A stretch of 64,000 nucleotides of DNA from an uncultured Pseudomonadota bacterium (GCA_963836045.1 CAWIIC010000005.1:821646-885645), one strand, 5' to 3'. Positions 17,741 through 27,795 are shown, numbered from the stretch's first letter. Notes: generated by a model not told the origin, from the letters alone. Numbers and translations are program-made.

Positions 17741-19151
17741 AGGACGGTACTCCGTTCAAGCCTGCCAAGATCGCCACGCCGAGTGCCGTAACGCTCCCAG
17801 CCCCCATGGTGACTACGACATCTCCAGGCCTGCTGGTTCGAACGAGGTATTCGACTGCCTGACCATGGTCCTCGAAGAGTTCAGCGGACGCACCTCTGCT
17901 GCGCAGCTTCAGGAGTAGGGCAGAGCTGTCCACGCCGGAGATCGGTTTCTCTCTTGCCGCGTAGACCTCAAGCAGGATCGTCTCGGTGGCTGCCGACAGG
18001 GCCGAGGCGAAATCGTCGAAGAAGGCCTGCGTACGCGTATAGGTATGGGGCTGGAAGATCACCCTCACGGGACGATTGAGGACACTGAGAGCGGCAAGGG
18101 TGGCGCGCACCTCGCTCGGGTGGTGGGCATAGTCGTCGATTACGGTTACCCCCTCCAGCGTGCCTTTGACCTCTAGGCGTCGCTCCGTGCCCACGAACGA
18201 GGCCAGGGGTTGGCGCAGCTGTTCCGGCGTCGCGCCGGTGAAGGCGCATGTGGCGGCTATCGCCGCTAGAGCGTTTTGGACATTATGGACGCCCAGTAGC
18301 CGCGTGCGAAACAGTCCGCCCCAATGTCCTTCACGTGCGAGTTCGAACTCGGTTCCGGCCGCATGGTACACAAGGCTCTTGGCTGACCACGTCTCGTGCC
18401 CTCCAACTCCAAACGTTTGGACTGGAATAGTGAGAGCGTCTCCCAAATGTTGTGTCTGAGGAGAGTCGCTGCCGGCTATGACGCACCGCTTGGTCTGTTG
18501 GAGAAAGGCCGAATAGGTCTCGATCATGGCCTCCAGACTCTCATAGCAATCGGGGTGATCGTACTCGAGGTTTGTCACCACGGTGACGTCGGGGTGAAGG
18601 TAGAGAAAGCTTCGGTCGTATTCGTCCGCCTCCACTACGAATGAGTTGTGGGATCCGATCAACGCTGGACCAAGGCTTTCACCGGATTCCCGCCGAGTCA
18701 ACCCGCCGGCGAACACCGTGGCGTCGATTCCGAGGGCCCTGACCAGGTGACCCGTCAGCGCGGTAGTAGTGGTCTTGCCGTGCGTGCCCGCGATCGCGAC
18801 AGTGGGTCCGCGTTCGCAAATTTCCCCGAGCAGTTCGGCGCGTTTGATCGTCGGAATTCCCCGACGGCGAGCCTCTACCAGCTCGGCATTGTCCTCTCGG
18901 GCCGCGGCGGTGAAGACGACGAGCTCGGCGTCCTCGATATTTTCTGGATGGTGTCCGATGTGCACGCAGATCCCGGTCTCGATCAGCTGCCTCAGAGTGT
19001 GGTTGTCGGCGGCATCCGAGCCGGACACGAAGAATTCTCGAGCATGAAGGTACTGGGCAAGGGCCAGCATACCGATGCCTCCGATGCCTACAAGGTGCAC
19101 TCGACGGGCGTTCGCCAGATGGCTAGTCATGTAGGCATTCTTGATGTCCAA
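17730..19151 (-). CDS. murC: UDP-N-acetylmuramate--L-alanine ligase
   Basis: VHLVGIGGIGM and GTHGKTTTTAL. Confidence 0.92.
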   Translation of the reverse strand: MDIKNAYMTSHLANARRVHLVGIGGIGMLALAQYLHAREFFVSGSDAADNHTLRQLIETGICVHIGHHPENIEDAELVVFTAAAREDNAELVEARRRGIPTIKRAELLGEICERGPTVAIAGTHGKTTTTALTGHLVRALGIDATVFAGGLTRRESGESLGPALIGSHNSFVVEADEYDRSFLYLHPDVTVVTNLEYDHPDCYESLEAMIETYSAFLQQTKRCVIAGSDSPQTQHLGDALTIPVQTFGVGGHETWSAKSLVYHAAGTEFELAREGHWGGLFRTRLLGVHNVQNALAAIAATCAFTGATPEQLRQPLASFVGTERRLEVKGTLEGVTVIDDYAHHPSEVRATLAALSVLNRPVRVIFQPHTYTRTQAFFDDFASALSAATETILLEVYAAREKPISGVDSSALLLKLRSRGASAELFEDHGQAVEYLVRTSRPGDVVVTMGAGSVTALGVAILAGLNGVPSCVP

Positions 19152-19230
19152 GAACTGGAGGAAGGATGACGTGCCCGACTGGCATCAGATGCTCCACGTC
19201 GAGCCGGTTGTATAACCACGCTGTCACCAC

Positions 19231-20379
19231 TCAGCTCGTAGTGCCACGTGCCGAGCTGATGATGATTCGAGCTATGTCTTCGGCAGCGCCTGGACGAGAG
19301 AGTTGCTCAAGTGCGACCCGCATTGTCCGGCGCCGCTCGCTGTCCTCCAGCAGGCTGTGCACAAGAGGCGCCAGACCACCAGCAGGTAGCTCCTCGTTGG
19401 CGAGAATAACGCACCCTCCGCGTGATGACAATGCTGTGGCATTGGCGTCCTGGTGGACGCGCCCGGCTGGAAGAGGCACCACGATCGCTGGGAGTCGGGC
19501 CACCGGCAGCTCCCCAAGGATCGAGGCTCCGGCACGGGTGACGGCGAGGTCGGCGGCGAACATGGCCGCAGCCATGTCCATCTCATCGAGAAACGGCTTG
19601 AGGCGATAGCGGCCTTTGATGTCGCTGGGAAGTCCGTCAAAAACATGGGCAATCTCGTCGTAATTCGCTATACCGCACACATGGATGATCGTCGCGGCAT
19701 GGAGTAGTTCCGGAAGCGCAACCACTACGGCCTGGTTGATCGCCCGAGCGCCCAAGCTGCCTCCCATCACCAGCAGAACGCGCTCATCCGGCGTCAAGCC
19801 CAAGCGCTCCCGCGCTTGCGCTCGATCCATATCGATGAAGCCTCTGCGAACGGGATAGCCGGTGACGGTCACCTTAGTTGAGCCAGGAAAGGAAGTGCTC
19901 TCTTGAGTGGTGACTGCCACGCGACGAGCGAAGCGGGCGGAAAGGGCCACACTCCTTCCCATTTGAACATCAGGCAGGTAAACCACGATGGGAATGCGAG
20001 CCAGCCACGCCGCGATCGTGGCCGGAAGGCTGACGAAGCCACCGGTGGAGAAGAGAACGTGCGGTCTGAATCGGGCGAGTGCCAGCAGGCTGCGGAGCGT
20101 GCCTATACCGATCTGTACCGCAGCGATTGCCGTCCGCCGTAAACCCTCGGGAGTCGTGAGCGGCAGAGCGATAAGTGGGATGCCGTGCGCCGGTACAATC
20201 CGTTCCTCGATGCCTCCCTTCATACCGACGTAAAGGAGCTCACCCATACTGGCGTTGGTACTCGCCATCTTGGGCTGACTCGGCGAGAGTTGGGACGAGA
20301 GCTGGAGAAGGCTTTCGATAACGGCTATGGCCGGGGCTACGTGTCCTCCCGTCTTCCCGCCGGTGATGGTGACGCGCAT
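19231..20379 (-). CDS. murG: undecaprenyldiphospho-muramoylpentapeptide beta-N-acetylglucosaminyltransferase
   Basis: MRVTITGGKTGGHVAPAIAV. An AGAGGAAGAG Shine-Dalgarno-like run lies upstream of ATG 20379. The ORF-track start at 20424 is probably too early. Confidence 0.88.
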   Translation of the reverse strand: MRVTITGGKTGGHVAPAIAVIESLLQLSSQLSPSQPKMASTNASMGELLYVGMKGGIEERIVPAHGIPLIALPLTTPEGLRRTAIAAVQIGIGTLRSLLALARFRPHVLFSTGGFVSLPATIAAWLARIPIVVYLPDVQMGRSVALSARFARRVAVTTQESTSFPGSTKVTVTGYPVRRGFIDMDRAQARERLGLTPDERVLLVMGGSLGARAINQAVVVALPELLHAATIIHVCGIANYDEIAHVFDGLPSDIKGRYRLKPFLDEMDMAAAMFAADLAVTRAGASILGELPVARLPAIVVPLPAGRVHQDANATALSSRGGCVILANEELPAGGLAPLVHSLLEDSERRRTMRVALEQLSRPGAAEDIARIIISSARGTTS

Positions 20380-21556
20380 CGCGCTTCTCTTCCTCTCTTT
20401 GATTCTGGCTATCCCCTTTCTCACGGTCTCCCGAGTGTCTAGAGATATTCAGCAGGATTCCGACTGCGAGCATCGATATCACCAAGGAGCTACCGCCGAA
20501 GCTGATAAAGGGAAGCGGCACGCCGGTGAAAGGCAGTGATGCGGTGATGACCGCGATATTGAGAAAGGCTTGTATGATGATTGATGCGGTGAGGCCGACC
20601 GCTAACAGCCTGCCGAAGTCATCCTTGGTGTGCGCCGCAATGCGGAATCCTCGGTAGGCGAACGTAACAAACAAGCCAATGACCAGCAACGCGCCGAGCA
20701 GGCCAAGCTCTTCCGCAGTGATTGCGAAGATGCTGTCGGTGTACGGCGCGGGCAGCACGTACTTCTGTTGACTGTTGCCGAGTCCGACACCCGTGAGACC
20801 TCCCAGTCCCAGGGCAAGCAGAGCTTGAATGGTGTGGTACCCCGTGCCGCTGGGATCCTTCCATGGATTCAGCCATGCCGTCATCCGCGCGCCACGATAG
20901 GCTTGCACCTTAAGCGCGAGATAGGCGAGAGCTAGCCCCGCGGCGACACCAGCCGCGAAATGCTCCAGGCGAGCACCGGCCACGAAGTAAACCGCCAGCA
21001 TCGACAAGGCAATAACGATGGCGGTACCCATATCGGGCTGCTTGAGAATCAACAAGCACACCAAGCCAAGAATGATTCCGAACGGGGCGGAGCACTTCCT
21101 AAAACTCGTGACACGTGGTCCCTTAACGCTGAGCCAGTGGGCCAAGTACACGGCCAGGGCGAGCTTGGCGAATTCGCTGGGCTGAAATGAGAGCATGCCG
21201 CTCAGCTGAAACCATCGTTGCGCGCCGTTTGTGCTGGTACCTACGTGCGGAATCAAAACGGCCACGAGGAGCAAAATGGCGGCGACAAACATCAGCGTGG
21301 AGTAGCGCCGCCAGAATGAGTAGTGAATACGGGTGCCCGCCAGCAGAGCCAAAGAACCGAAGCCTATCCAGATGAGCTCTCGCTTCAGGAAGTAGGTCGG
21401 GCTGCCGTACTGTAAAGATATGACAATGCTCGAGCTGTAGACCATAATCAGCCCGATTCCCAGGAGCGCAACGACCGACGCTAGTAGCCATCGATCGTAC
21501 GATGCAATCCGCTCCATAGCTTTGACGGTTGGCTTGGCCTCAGCGATGGTGGCCAT
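20240..21556 (-). CDS. ftsW: SEDS-family peptidoglycan glycosyltransferase FtsW with a charged C-terminal tail
   Basis: Ten-TM-like SEDS pattern, with PDMGTA and SFGGSS motifs. GGAGG lies 6-7 nt before ATG 21556. The tail overlaps murG by 140 nt. Confidence 0.88.
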   Translation of the reverse strand: MATIAEAKPTVKAMERIASYDRWLLASVVALLGIGLIMVYSSSIVISLQYGSPTYFLKRELIWIGFGSLALLAGTRIHYSFWRRYSTLMFVAAILLLVAVLIPHVGTSTNGAQRWFQLSGMLSFQPSEFAKLALAVYLAHWLSVKGPRVTSFRKCSAPFGIILGLVCLLILKQPDMGTAIVIALSMLAVYFVAGARLEHFAAGVAAGLALAYLALKVQAYRGARMTAWLNPWKDPSGTGYHTIQALLALGLGGLTGVGLGNSQQKYVLPAPYTDSIFAITAEELGLLGALLVIGLFVTFAYRGFRIAAHTKDDFGRLLAVGLTASIIIQAFLNIAVITASLPFTGVPLPFISFGGSSLVISMLAVGILLNISRHSGDREKGDSQNQREEEKRDARHHHRREDGRTRSPGHSRYRKPSPALVPTLAESAQDGEYQRQYG

Positions 21557-22932
21557 CTGATTCCTCCACAGCCATGCTAAACGCGTCCCCCCGTTCTTCA
21601 AAGTTGGCAAACATGTCGTAGCTGGTGCATCCAGGAGCCAGTAAAACGGTATCCCCCGTTCGCGCGAGCTCTCTGGCCTTCACGACCGCATCGGTCATCG
21701 TCTTGGCGCGCACGATCTCTGGCGTGGGCCCTTCACTTTGTGTCAGAGCGGCGGCGATCTCGTCCGCGGCTTCGCCGATCAAGATACAGCTGCGGACTTT
21801 GCCCGCCACGGCTTCTATCACCGACGACCAGGGCAACCCCTTGGAGCGTCCGCCCGCCAGCCAGATAATGGGAGATTCAGTGGCGTGTAGCGCCACCGCC
21901 GCCCGGCCCGGCGAAGTCGCTATCGAATCGTCAACGAAGGCCACGCCGTCGATGACACAGACGAGCGAGAGGCGGTGCGGAAGGCCCCGAAAGCCCGTTA
22001 CGCCGTCCCTCATGGCCGTAACATCCACTCCCAGGACTGCGGTCGCCGCGATAGCGGCAAGAACGTTCTCGATATTGTGAGCTCCCGGTAGTGCGATCTC
22101 CGTTGCGGGCAGCACCCCTGTTTCGACTCCGTCGCGAGCTTGAATAAGAGTATCGCCGAGCAGGAACGCGCCATCGGACACGGTGGCTCGTCGGCTGAAC
22201 CAGCACACGTTGCCGGCGGCCTTCTCGCCGATCTCCCTGAGAACGGGGTCGTCAAGGTTCAGCACTGCAGTATCGGTGCTGGACTGGTGGGTGACGATAT
22301 TCGATTTAGCGGCGATATAGCGACCCATGGAGCCGTGACGATCGAGGTGGTTTGGACTGATGTTGGTGATTACGGCGAGCTGCGGACTTGACCTTAAGAT
22401 CTCGAGCTGAAAGCTGCTCAGCTCCAGAACGGCTGTGCTGTGTCCGTCGAGCCCAGCGAGCAGGTCGAGCATCGGAACTCCTATGTTTCCTCCCAGCAGT
22501 ACATGGCGTCCGGCGGCCTTTAGAATAGCGGCTATCAACGCGCTCGTCGTCGATTTGCCGCTGCTTCCCGTGATACCGGTTATCGGACAGGGACAGCGAT
22601 CGAAAAAGATCTGAGTCGGATTGGTGATCTCGATGCTGCGCGTTCGGGCTGCGGCCAGCAACGGGTTAGTATCGGGAACTCCCGGACTGGTCACCACGGT
22701 GTCGACGCCGTCAAGTAAGCCGGTCGACTCTGAGCCGAACACCGTGCGGTACCCACATTGGGAGTTCCTGCGGCTTGCTGTCCGTGGCCGTGACCTCGGC
22801 GCCGTCTTGGCTGAGGTAACGGGCCGCTGACGCCCCTTCGCGGGCGTGTCCGATCACGAGGACGCGCTTTCCGCGAAAGCTCGGCGCGGCAAAGCGTGCC
22901 CGTGGCGGCTCTACGAGGTTAGATGAACGCAA
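21540..22932 (-). pseudogene. murD: murD interrupted by a +1 frameshift near 22729-22746 (ORFs 22711..~22932 and 21540..22742)
   Basis: The upstream ORF carries FRGKRVLVIGHAREGASAARYLSQDGAEVTATDSKPQELP...PHGVR. The downstream ORF carries FGSESTGLLDGVDTVVTSPGV...GITGSSGKSTT. Together they give a full-length MurD. Candidate TTG start at 22932. Confidence 0.85.
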
Positions 22933-23875
22933 GGGCCAACCCTGCCACCGCGGCCAGCATGCTAACGATCCAGAACCGCTGTGTGACCTCGTTCTCGTGC
23001 CAGCCAAGCAGTTCGAGGTGGCCGTGCAGCGGGGCCATACGGAAGATGCGCTTGCCGTGGCTCATCTTGAAATAGCCAACCTGAACGACCACGGACAGCG
23101 TCTCCATGACGAAGACGAATCCAATCACTGGCAAGACGAGAGCTTGGTTCAGCATGAGGGCGACGGTTGCGAGAGTCGCGCCCAGTGCCAGAGAACCGGT
23201 GTCCCCCATGATTATGCGGGCGGGAAAGACGTTGAACCAGAGGAACGCGAGAAGAGCTCCGACCAGGGTGAAGCAAAACTCTCCGAGATACCCCTTCTGA
23301 CTGAGCAGAGCAATGGCGCCGAAAGTGGCGAACGCGATCGCTCCCGTCCCCGCCGCCAGCCCGTCGAGCCCGTCGGTCAAATTGACTGCGTTGGCAGAAC
23401 CTACTATCGCGAGAACCGCGAGCGGCCAGTATAGCAGGCCGATAGAGATTGGCCCGTGCGTCGGGATATACACCTGGTTTTGCGCCGAAGGGGCGAGGAT
23501 GCGCGGTATGTGGAGGATGGCGACGATCGCGATGGCGATCAGTACGAGCCAGGTGAACTTGAATCTCGCGCGAAGACCTTCCCCGCCGATGCGAATAGTC
23601 GTAAGCCGATCGTCAACCCAACCCAAAAGACTGCACAAGCCCAGCCCCACGACCGGGAGCAGCATCGACCATTTACCGACGAGATTGTAGACCATGGTGA
23701 GCGCGACGACCGGAACTGTGAACAGCAGGCCGCCCATCGAGGGGGTACCGGATTTGCTGATGTGGTGAGCCAGCTCCTCTCGGATGCGTTTACCGCCCTT
23801 CAGTGCATGAATCATCCGGATGAAATATGGGGCAGTAAGCATCGTGATCGTGAAGCATGCAATCCCCGATACCAT
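22919..23875 (-). CDS. mraY: phospho-N-acetylmuramoyl-pentapeptide transferase; conserved N-terminal residues lie upstream of the first ATG
   Basis: KSGTPSMGGL and the downstream MraY TM pattern. The in-frame upstream sequence LGHSLAAPAASYLFELTFHQIV carries the conserved Y-x-TF(R/H) N-terminal motif but has no start codon (see finding). Confidence 0.88.
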   Translation of the reverse strand: MVSGIACFTITMLTAPYFIRMIHALKGGKRIREELAHHISKSGTPSMGGLLFTVPVVALTMVYNLVGKWSMLLPVVGLGLCSLLGWVDDRLTTIRIGGEGLRARFKFTWLVLIAIAIVAILHIPRILAPSAQNQVYIPTHGPISIGLLYWPLAVLAIVGSANAVNLTDGLDGLAAGTGAIAFATFGAIALLSQKGYLGEFCFTLVGALLAFLWFNVFPARIIMGDTGSLALGATLATVALMLNQALVLPVIGFVFVMETLSVVVQVGYFKMSHGKRIFRMAPLHGHLELLGWHENEVTQRFWIVSMLAAVAGLALAFI

Positions 23876-23977
23876 GGCGGGGAGCAGCGCCGCCGCGACG
23901 ATTTGGTGGAAAGTGAGCTCGAACAGATATGATGCGGCCGGGGCCGCCAGGCTGTGCCCAAGAGCACGTCAAAGCGC

Positions 23978-25420
23978 TCATGTTTCAATATCCTCCACGT
24001 GGTCTGAAACTTGGACGTCGTCGCCCGTCAATGCTTCGACTACCAGCTCCAGCTGCATACCGCGTGATCCCTTGATCAACATGACGTCGCCTGGACCGAG
24101 GAGTTGCCGAGCCGCTTCGATCGCCTGCTCATTATCGCCAACTTGGATCACTCGATCCTTGGGTAGACCCCGACGGGTCGCCTCGTCGGCGATCCACCGC
24201 GTTCGTGTTCCGTAAAGCACGAGCCCATCAAGCTCGGCGGCGCTCTTACCGACCATCCGGTGCTGAGCCTCTTCCTCCTTGCCCAGCTCATACATATCTC
24301 CCAACAGAGCGAAGTGGCGGCCTGCCGTTTCCATGAGGAGCTCGATTGCCGCTACGACGGATGCTCCGCTTGCGTTGTAGCGATCGTCCAACAGTACGCT
24401 CCGATTCGGACCAGGAACGAAGCTCATGCGATCGTCTACCCGAAATGAGGCGACACGCGATCGGATAGAAGCCCAATCGACCCCGATATGATGGGCAGCG
24501 GCAATAGCAGGAAGTACATTCATGGCATTGTGCATGCCTGGTGTTGGACACAAAACCCGCATTCCGTGCGAACCATGTTTGTATTGGGCTTCGAAGCCCT
24601 TGCTCCCGCGACCGTGGATATCGCACGCCTGGAAGTCGTACTGGGCTTTGTGCCGTCCATACAACGTGGCTTGGGCCGCCGTGGCGTGGGCCATGGCGCG
24701 CACCAGATCGTCTTCACCGTTGAGAATGGCCAGCCCCGAAGCAGGTAGGGAGTGAACCAGCTCCGCCTTTCCCTGCGCGGTAGCTTCTATTGAGCCCGTA
24801 CGCTCCAGATGCACCGGCAACACATTCGTCACGATGCCCACGTCTGGGCGGGCGATCTTTGATAGAGTCGCGATGTCTCCCTTTTGATACATTCCCATCT
24901 CGAGAACAGCAATTCGGTCCTGAGATCGTAAACGAAGTAGCTCGAGCGGGAGTCCGATCTCGGTGTTGAAGTTCGCGGAGCTCTTGAGAACGCCTTCTCC
25001 ACCCAGCGTCCACGCCACCGCCTCCTTTACGGTGGTCTTTCCGACGCTACCGGTCACCCCGATGACGAGCACCTCGTGCTTCCGCCGCCAGTATCCGGCC
25101 AGCCTTTGTAGCGCAGCCAGCGTGTCGTCCACGACGAAGATCCGTTTTCCGGGCGGAAAGTCCGCGATGCCGTCGAGCCGGTCGACGACGGCGCCAGAAG
25201 CGCCCACCCGTAGAGCCGTTTTGACATAAGAGTGCCCGTCGACACGCTCGCCTTTCAGAGCTACAAAGAGATTGCCGTCTGATATCGTACGAGAGTCGAC
25301 GACGACCGCGGAGACTGCCGCGTTGAGGTCTGTCGGGTACGAAATGCCCTTCTCGACCCCATCGACGGTAGTAGAGTACACCTCGGCGCGCGTTCCACAA
25401 ATGACGTCGGCTACATCCAC
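23978..25420 (-). CDS. murF: UDP-N-acetylmuramoyl-tripeptide--D-alanyl-D-alanine ligase
   Basis: VVDSRTISDGNLFVALKGERVDGHSY and GVTGSVGKTTVKE. Confidence 0.9.
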   Translation of the reverse strand: MDVADVICGTRAEVYSTTVDGVEKGISYPTDLNAAVSAVVVDSRTISDGNLFVALKGERVDGHSYVKTALRVGASGAVVDRLDGIADFPPGKRIFVVDDTLAALQRLAGYWRRKHEVLVIGVTGSVGKTTVKEAVAWTLGGEGVLKSSANFNTEIGLPLELLRLRSQDRIAVLEMGMYQKGDIATLSKIARPDVGIVTNVLPVHLERTGSIEATAQGKAELVHSLPASGLAILNGEDDLVRAMAHATAAQATLYGRHKAQYDFQACDIHGRGSKGFEAQYKHGSHGMRVLCPTPGMHNAMNVLPAIAAAHHIGVDWASIRSRVASFRVDDRMSFVPGPNRSVLLDDRYNASGASVVAAIELLMETAGRHFALLGDMYELGKEEEAQHRMVGKSAAELDGLVLYGTRTRWIADEATRRGLPKDRVIQVGDNEQAIEAARQLLGPGDVMLIKGSRGMQLELVVEALTGDDVQVSDHVEDIET

Positions 25421-25429
25421 CCTCGCTCG

Positions 25430-27292
25430 CTACTCTCCAATTGGCGGTATGCGGTAGTACAAAAAGAGGGACCTGAGAAGCTGACTGACCACGGGCGCGG
25501 CCACTTCCGAGCCCCACGGTACCGAATACGGTTTGCGCACGACCACCAGGACCGAAACGCGAGGATGATTCGCCGGCGCGTAGGCTATTGTGCTGGCAAT
25601 AGTCGACCCCGGTCCGGTCTCATAGCCGCCGTTACTGGGGATTTGTGCCGTTCCCGTCTTCGCCGCGATGTTATACCCGTGCACCAGTGCCATCGATGCT
25701 TCTCCGTCTATCGCCGACTGCACCAGCATATGAGTGACGGTGTGTGCCGACTGCGGGCTAATCACTCTCCGGATGCACTGCGGTCGGCGATAAAGCCTGG
25801 TACCTGCATAGTCGATCTGAGTCACTATCTGCGGCTGCATCAGACACCCACCGTTGGCCACCGCGTCGACCGCATTGATAAGTTGAAGTGGAGTGATAGT
25901 CTCTGCCTGTCCAAAGGAGTTAGTGTAGAGGTTTATCTGGTTCCAGGTCTTGGTTCCAGGAAGGGGAAGGGTGCCCCCCGACTCGCCTGCCAGGTCGACG
26001 CCCGTCTGAGAGCCGATGCCGAAGCGGCGGATGTACCTATAGAATCGCTGGTCGCCGAGGCGGTTTGCCACGAACGATGCTCCGACGTTGGCTGAGTGCT
26101 GGAGCACCTGAACCATTGTCTCCTCCCCGTTGGCGACCGGGTAGTTCCAGTTATGGATGGCCGTCCCGTAGTAGTAAGCGACCCCGTTGTCATAGAAGGA
26201 GGTAGTGGGCGTAATGACATGGGTATCGATCCCCGCGGCCATGGTGAGTATCTTAAAGGTGGAGCCGGGCTCATAGGCAGTCGAAATCGCCGGATCCGTG
26301 AAGTTGGCGACCGGAGCCGCCGCGTAGCTGTTTGCGTTGAAGTCCGGCCGGTTGGCAATGGCGATAATGCGGCCCGTGTTCGGGTTCATAATGATGACCG
26401 ACCCGCCGGTCGCCCGGAAGCGTCTGATAGCCTTCTGCAGCGCATCCTCGGCGAGGTTCTGCAGGTAGCTGTCGATTGATAAATGAAGGGTAGCCCCGGT
26501 CTGTATCCCCTGGCCGTTGCCCGGATCACGGCTGGTGATGATCCGGTCGCCCGTTTGCCGCCAGACGCCGACACGACGTAGCTCGGCCGGCGAGGCTTTC
26601 CCACTGAGGAGTGGATCGTAGCTCTGCTCTACGCCGTACTGACCGCCTTGTGTGCTGACAAAGCCGAGAGCTTGCGACGCAAGTTGGCCCTGCGGGTATA
26701 CGCGATTGGGGACAGATTGGAGGTTGATTCCGGCAAGGTTCAGGTTCTGAAGTGTCGTGTACTTGTTCTGATCTACGTCTTCGTGCTCGAGTGAACAAGG
26801 AAGCACGCAAGCAGGAAGCTGAACGTAGCCTCCTTTCGAGCCCGTCAGGTATGGATAGATGTTTCCGTACGGCAGGTGGAGAATCGGGGCCAGGGTTTGC
26901 GCCTCCTGCGACGGGTAGTAGATCTGTTTAGGATCTGCCCATATTTGATAGAGCTGATCATCCAGCGCCATCGGATTCCCCGAGCTGTCGACGATTATGC
27001 CCCGGGCGGGCGGGGCCGCCGGGCCACCCGCCTCCTGCCGAGTCGCGTACGCGACCAGCGGCCCCCGATCGATCAGCTGCCAGAATACCAGTCGAAGGCT
27101 TAACCCTGAAGCCACAAGTATCATGACGACAATGAGCGCACCCTGCCGCCAGGTCCGCTCGTGTAGTGGAGTTGTCTGACGGGTTCCAGGCTCTGCACGC
27201 TGGCGACGGCGTCTTTGACGCGCTACGCCCCGCGACGGTGATGTGGCAGTCGGCCGAACGGCTCCGCGTCGGTGCCTGGAGGTGGATCTCAT
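25430..27292 (-). CDS. ftsI: class B penicillin-binding protein (FtsI/PBP2-type transpeptidase)
   Basis: STFK (YEPGSTFK), SxN (HSANVG) and KTG (AAKTGTAQ). ATG 27292 overlaps the ftsL stop (ATGA). The ORF-track start at 27406 lies inside ftsL. Confidence 0.9.
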   Translation of the reverse strand: MRSTSRHRRGAVRPTATSPSRGVARQRRRRQRAEPGTRQTTPLHERTWRQGALIVVMILVASGLSLRLVFWQLIDRGPLVAYATRQEAGGPAAPPARGIIVDSSGNPMALDDQLYQIWADPKQIYYPSQEAQTLAPILHLPYGNIYPYLTGSKGGYVQLPACVLPCSLEHEDVDQNKYTTLQNLNLAGINLQSVPNRVYPQGQLASQALGFVSTQGGQYGVEQSYDPLLSGKASPAELRRVGVWRQTGDRIITSRDPGNGQGIQTGATLHLSIDSYLQNLAEDALQKAIRRFRATGGSVIIMNPNTGRIIAIANRPDFNANSYAAAPVANFTDPAISTAYEPGSTFKILTMAAGIDTHVITPTTSFYDNGVAYYYGTAIHNWNYPVANGEETMVQVLQHSANVGASFVANRLGDQRFYRYIRRFGIGSQTGVDLAGESGGTLPLPGTKTWNQINLYTNSFGQAETITPLQLINAVDAVANGGCLMQPQIVTQIDYAGTRLYRRPQCIRRVISPQSAHTVTHMLVQSAIDGEASMALVHGYNIAAKTGTAQIPSNGGYETGPGSTIASTIAYAPANHPRVSVLVVVRKPYSVPWGSEVAAPVVSQLLRSLFLYYRIPPIGE

Positions 27293-27795
27293 AGACTGTC
27301 CTTCACCGCCTGGACAGCGTGTTCCATCCACACGAGTGGACCCGTGCGCACAGGTGTTACTGACCCCAGCCGGGGAACTGTCGGCGGCACGTACACGGTC
27401 AGCCACAGTGCCGTTTTCAGCTTCGGACGGAACATGTGGTGCCGGGCTGCGATGGCACTGATAACGGGCTCCGCGGTCAGGCGGTCGGCCTTCACTATCA
27501 GGCTGGCGTTTTGAGCCATCAGATTTGCCTGCTTGGCTTGCATGTTTCCGAGATTCATCTCAAGCATGGTGACTTGATTCGCCTGCAGCAGATACAGCAC
27601 AACCGCCACGATAATTAACCCCGTGGCGACTGCGACTCGGCCCCGCAATATCCAATCGAGAGGATGTACGTGGACGTGGATCCCGATGCGACCCGCAAGC
27701 ATCGACCCCCGCGCCCCAGCACGTCCTGTCGTCGGACGGCCCACAGCGATCCGGCCCGGCCACGTTGTTTGGCGTCCCATTCCTTCTCCCTCCAC
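27289..27795 (-). CDS. ftsL: FtsL-like cell division protein (single TM plus coiled coil)
   Basis: Sits between rsmH and ftsI. TM segment VAVATGLIIVAVVLYLL is followed by the heptad-like LEMNLGNMQAKQANLMAQNASL. Confidence 0.65.
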   Translation of the reverse strand: MEGEGMGRQTTWPGRIAVGRPTTGRAGARGSMLAGRIGIHVHVHPLDWILRGRVAVATGLIIVAVVLYLLQANQVTMLEMNLGNMQAKQANLMAQNASLIVKADRLTAEPVISAIAARHHMFRPKLKTALWLTVYVPPTVPRLGSVTPVRTGPLVWMEHAVQAVKDSL

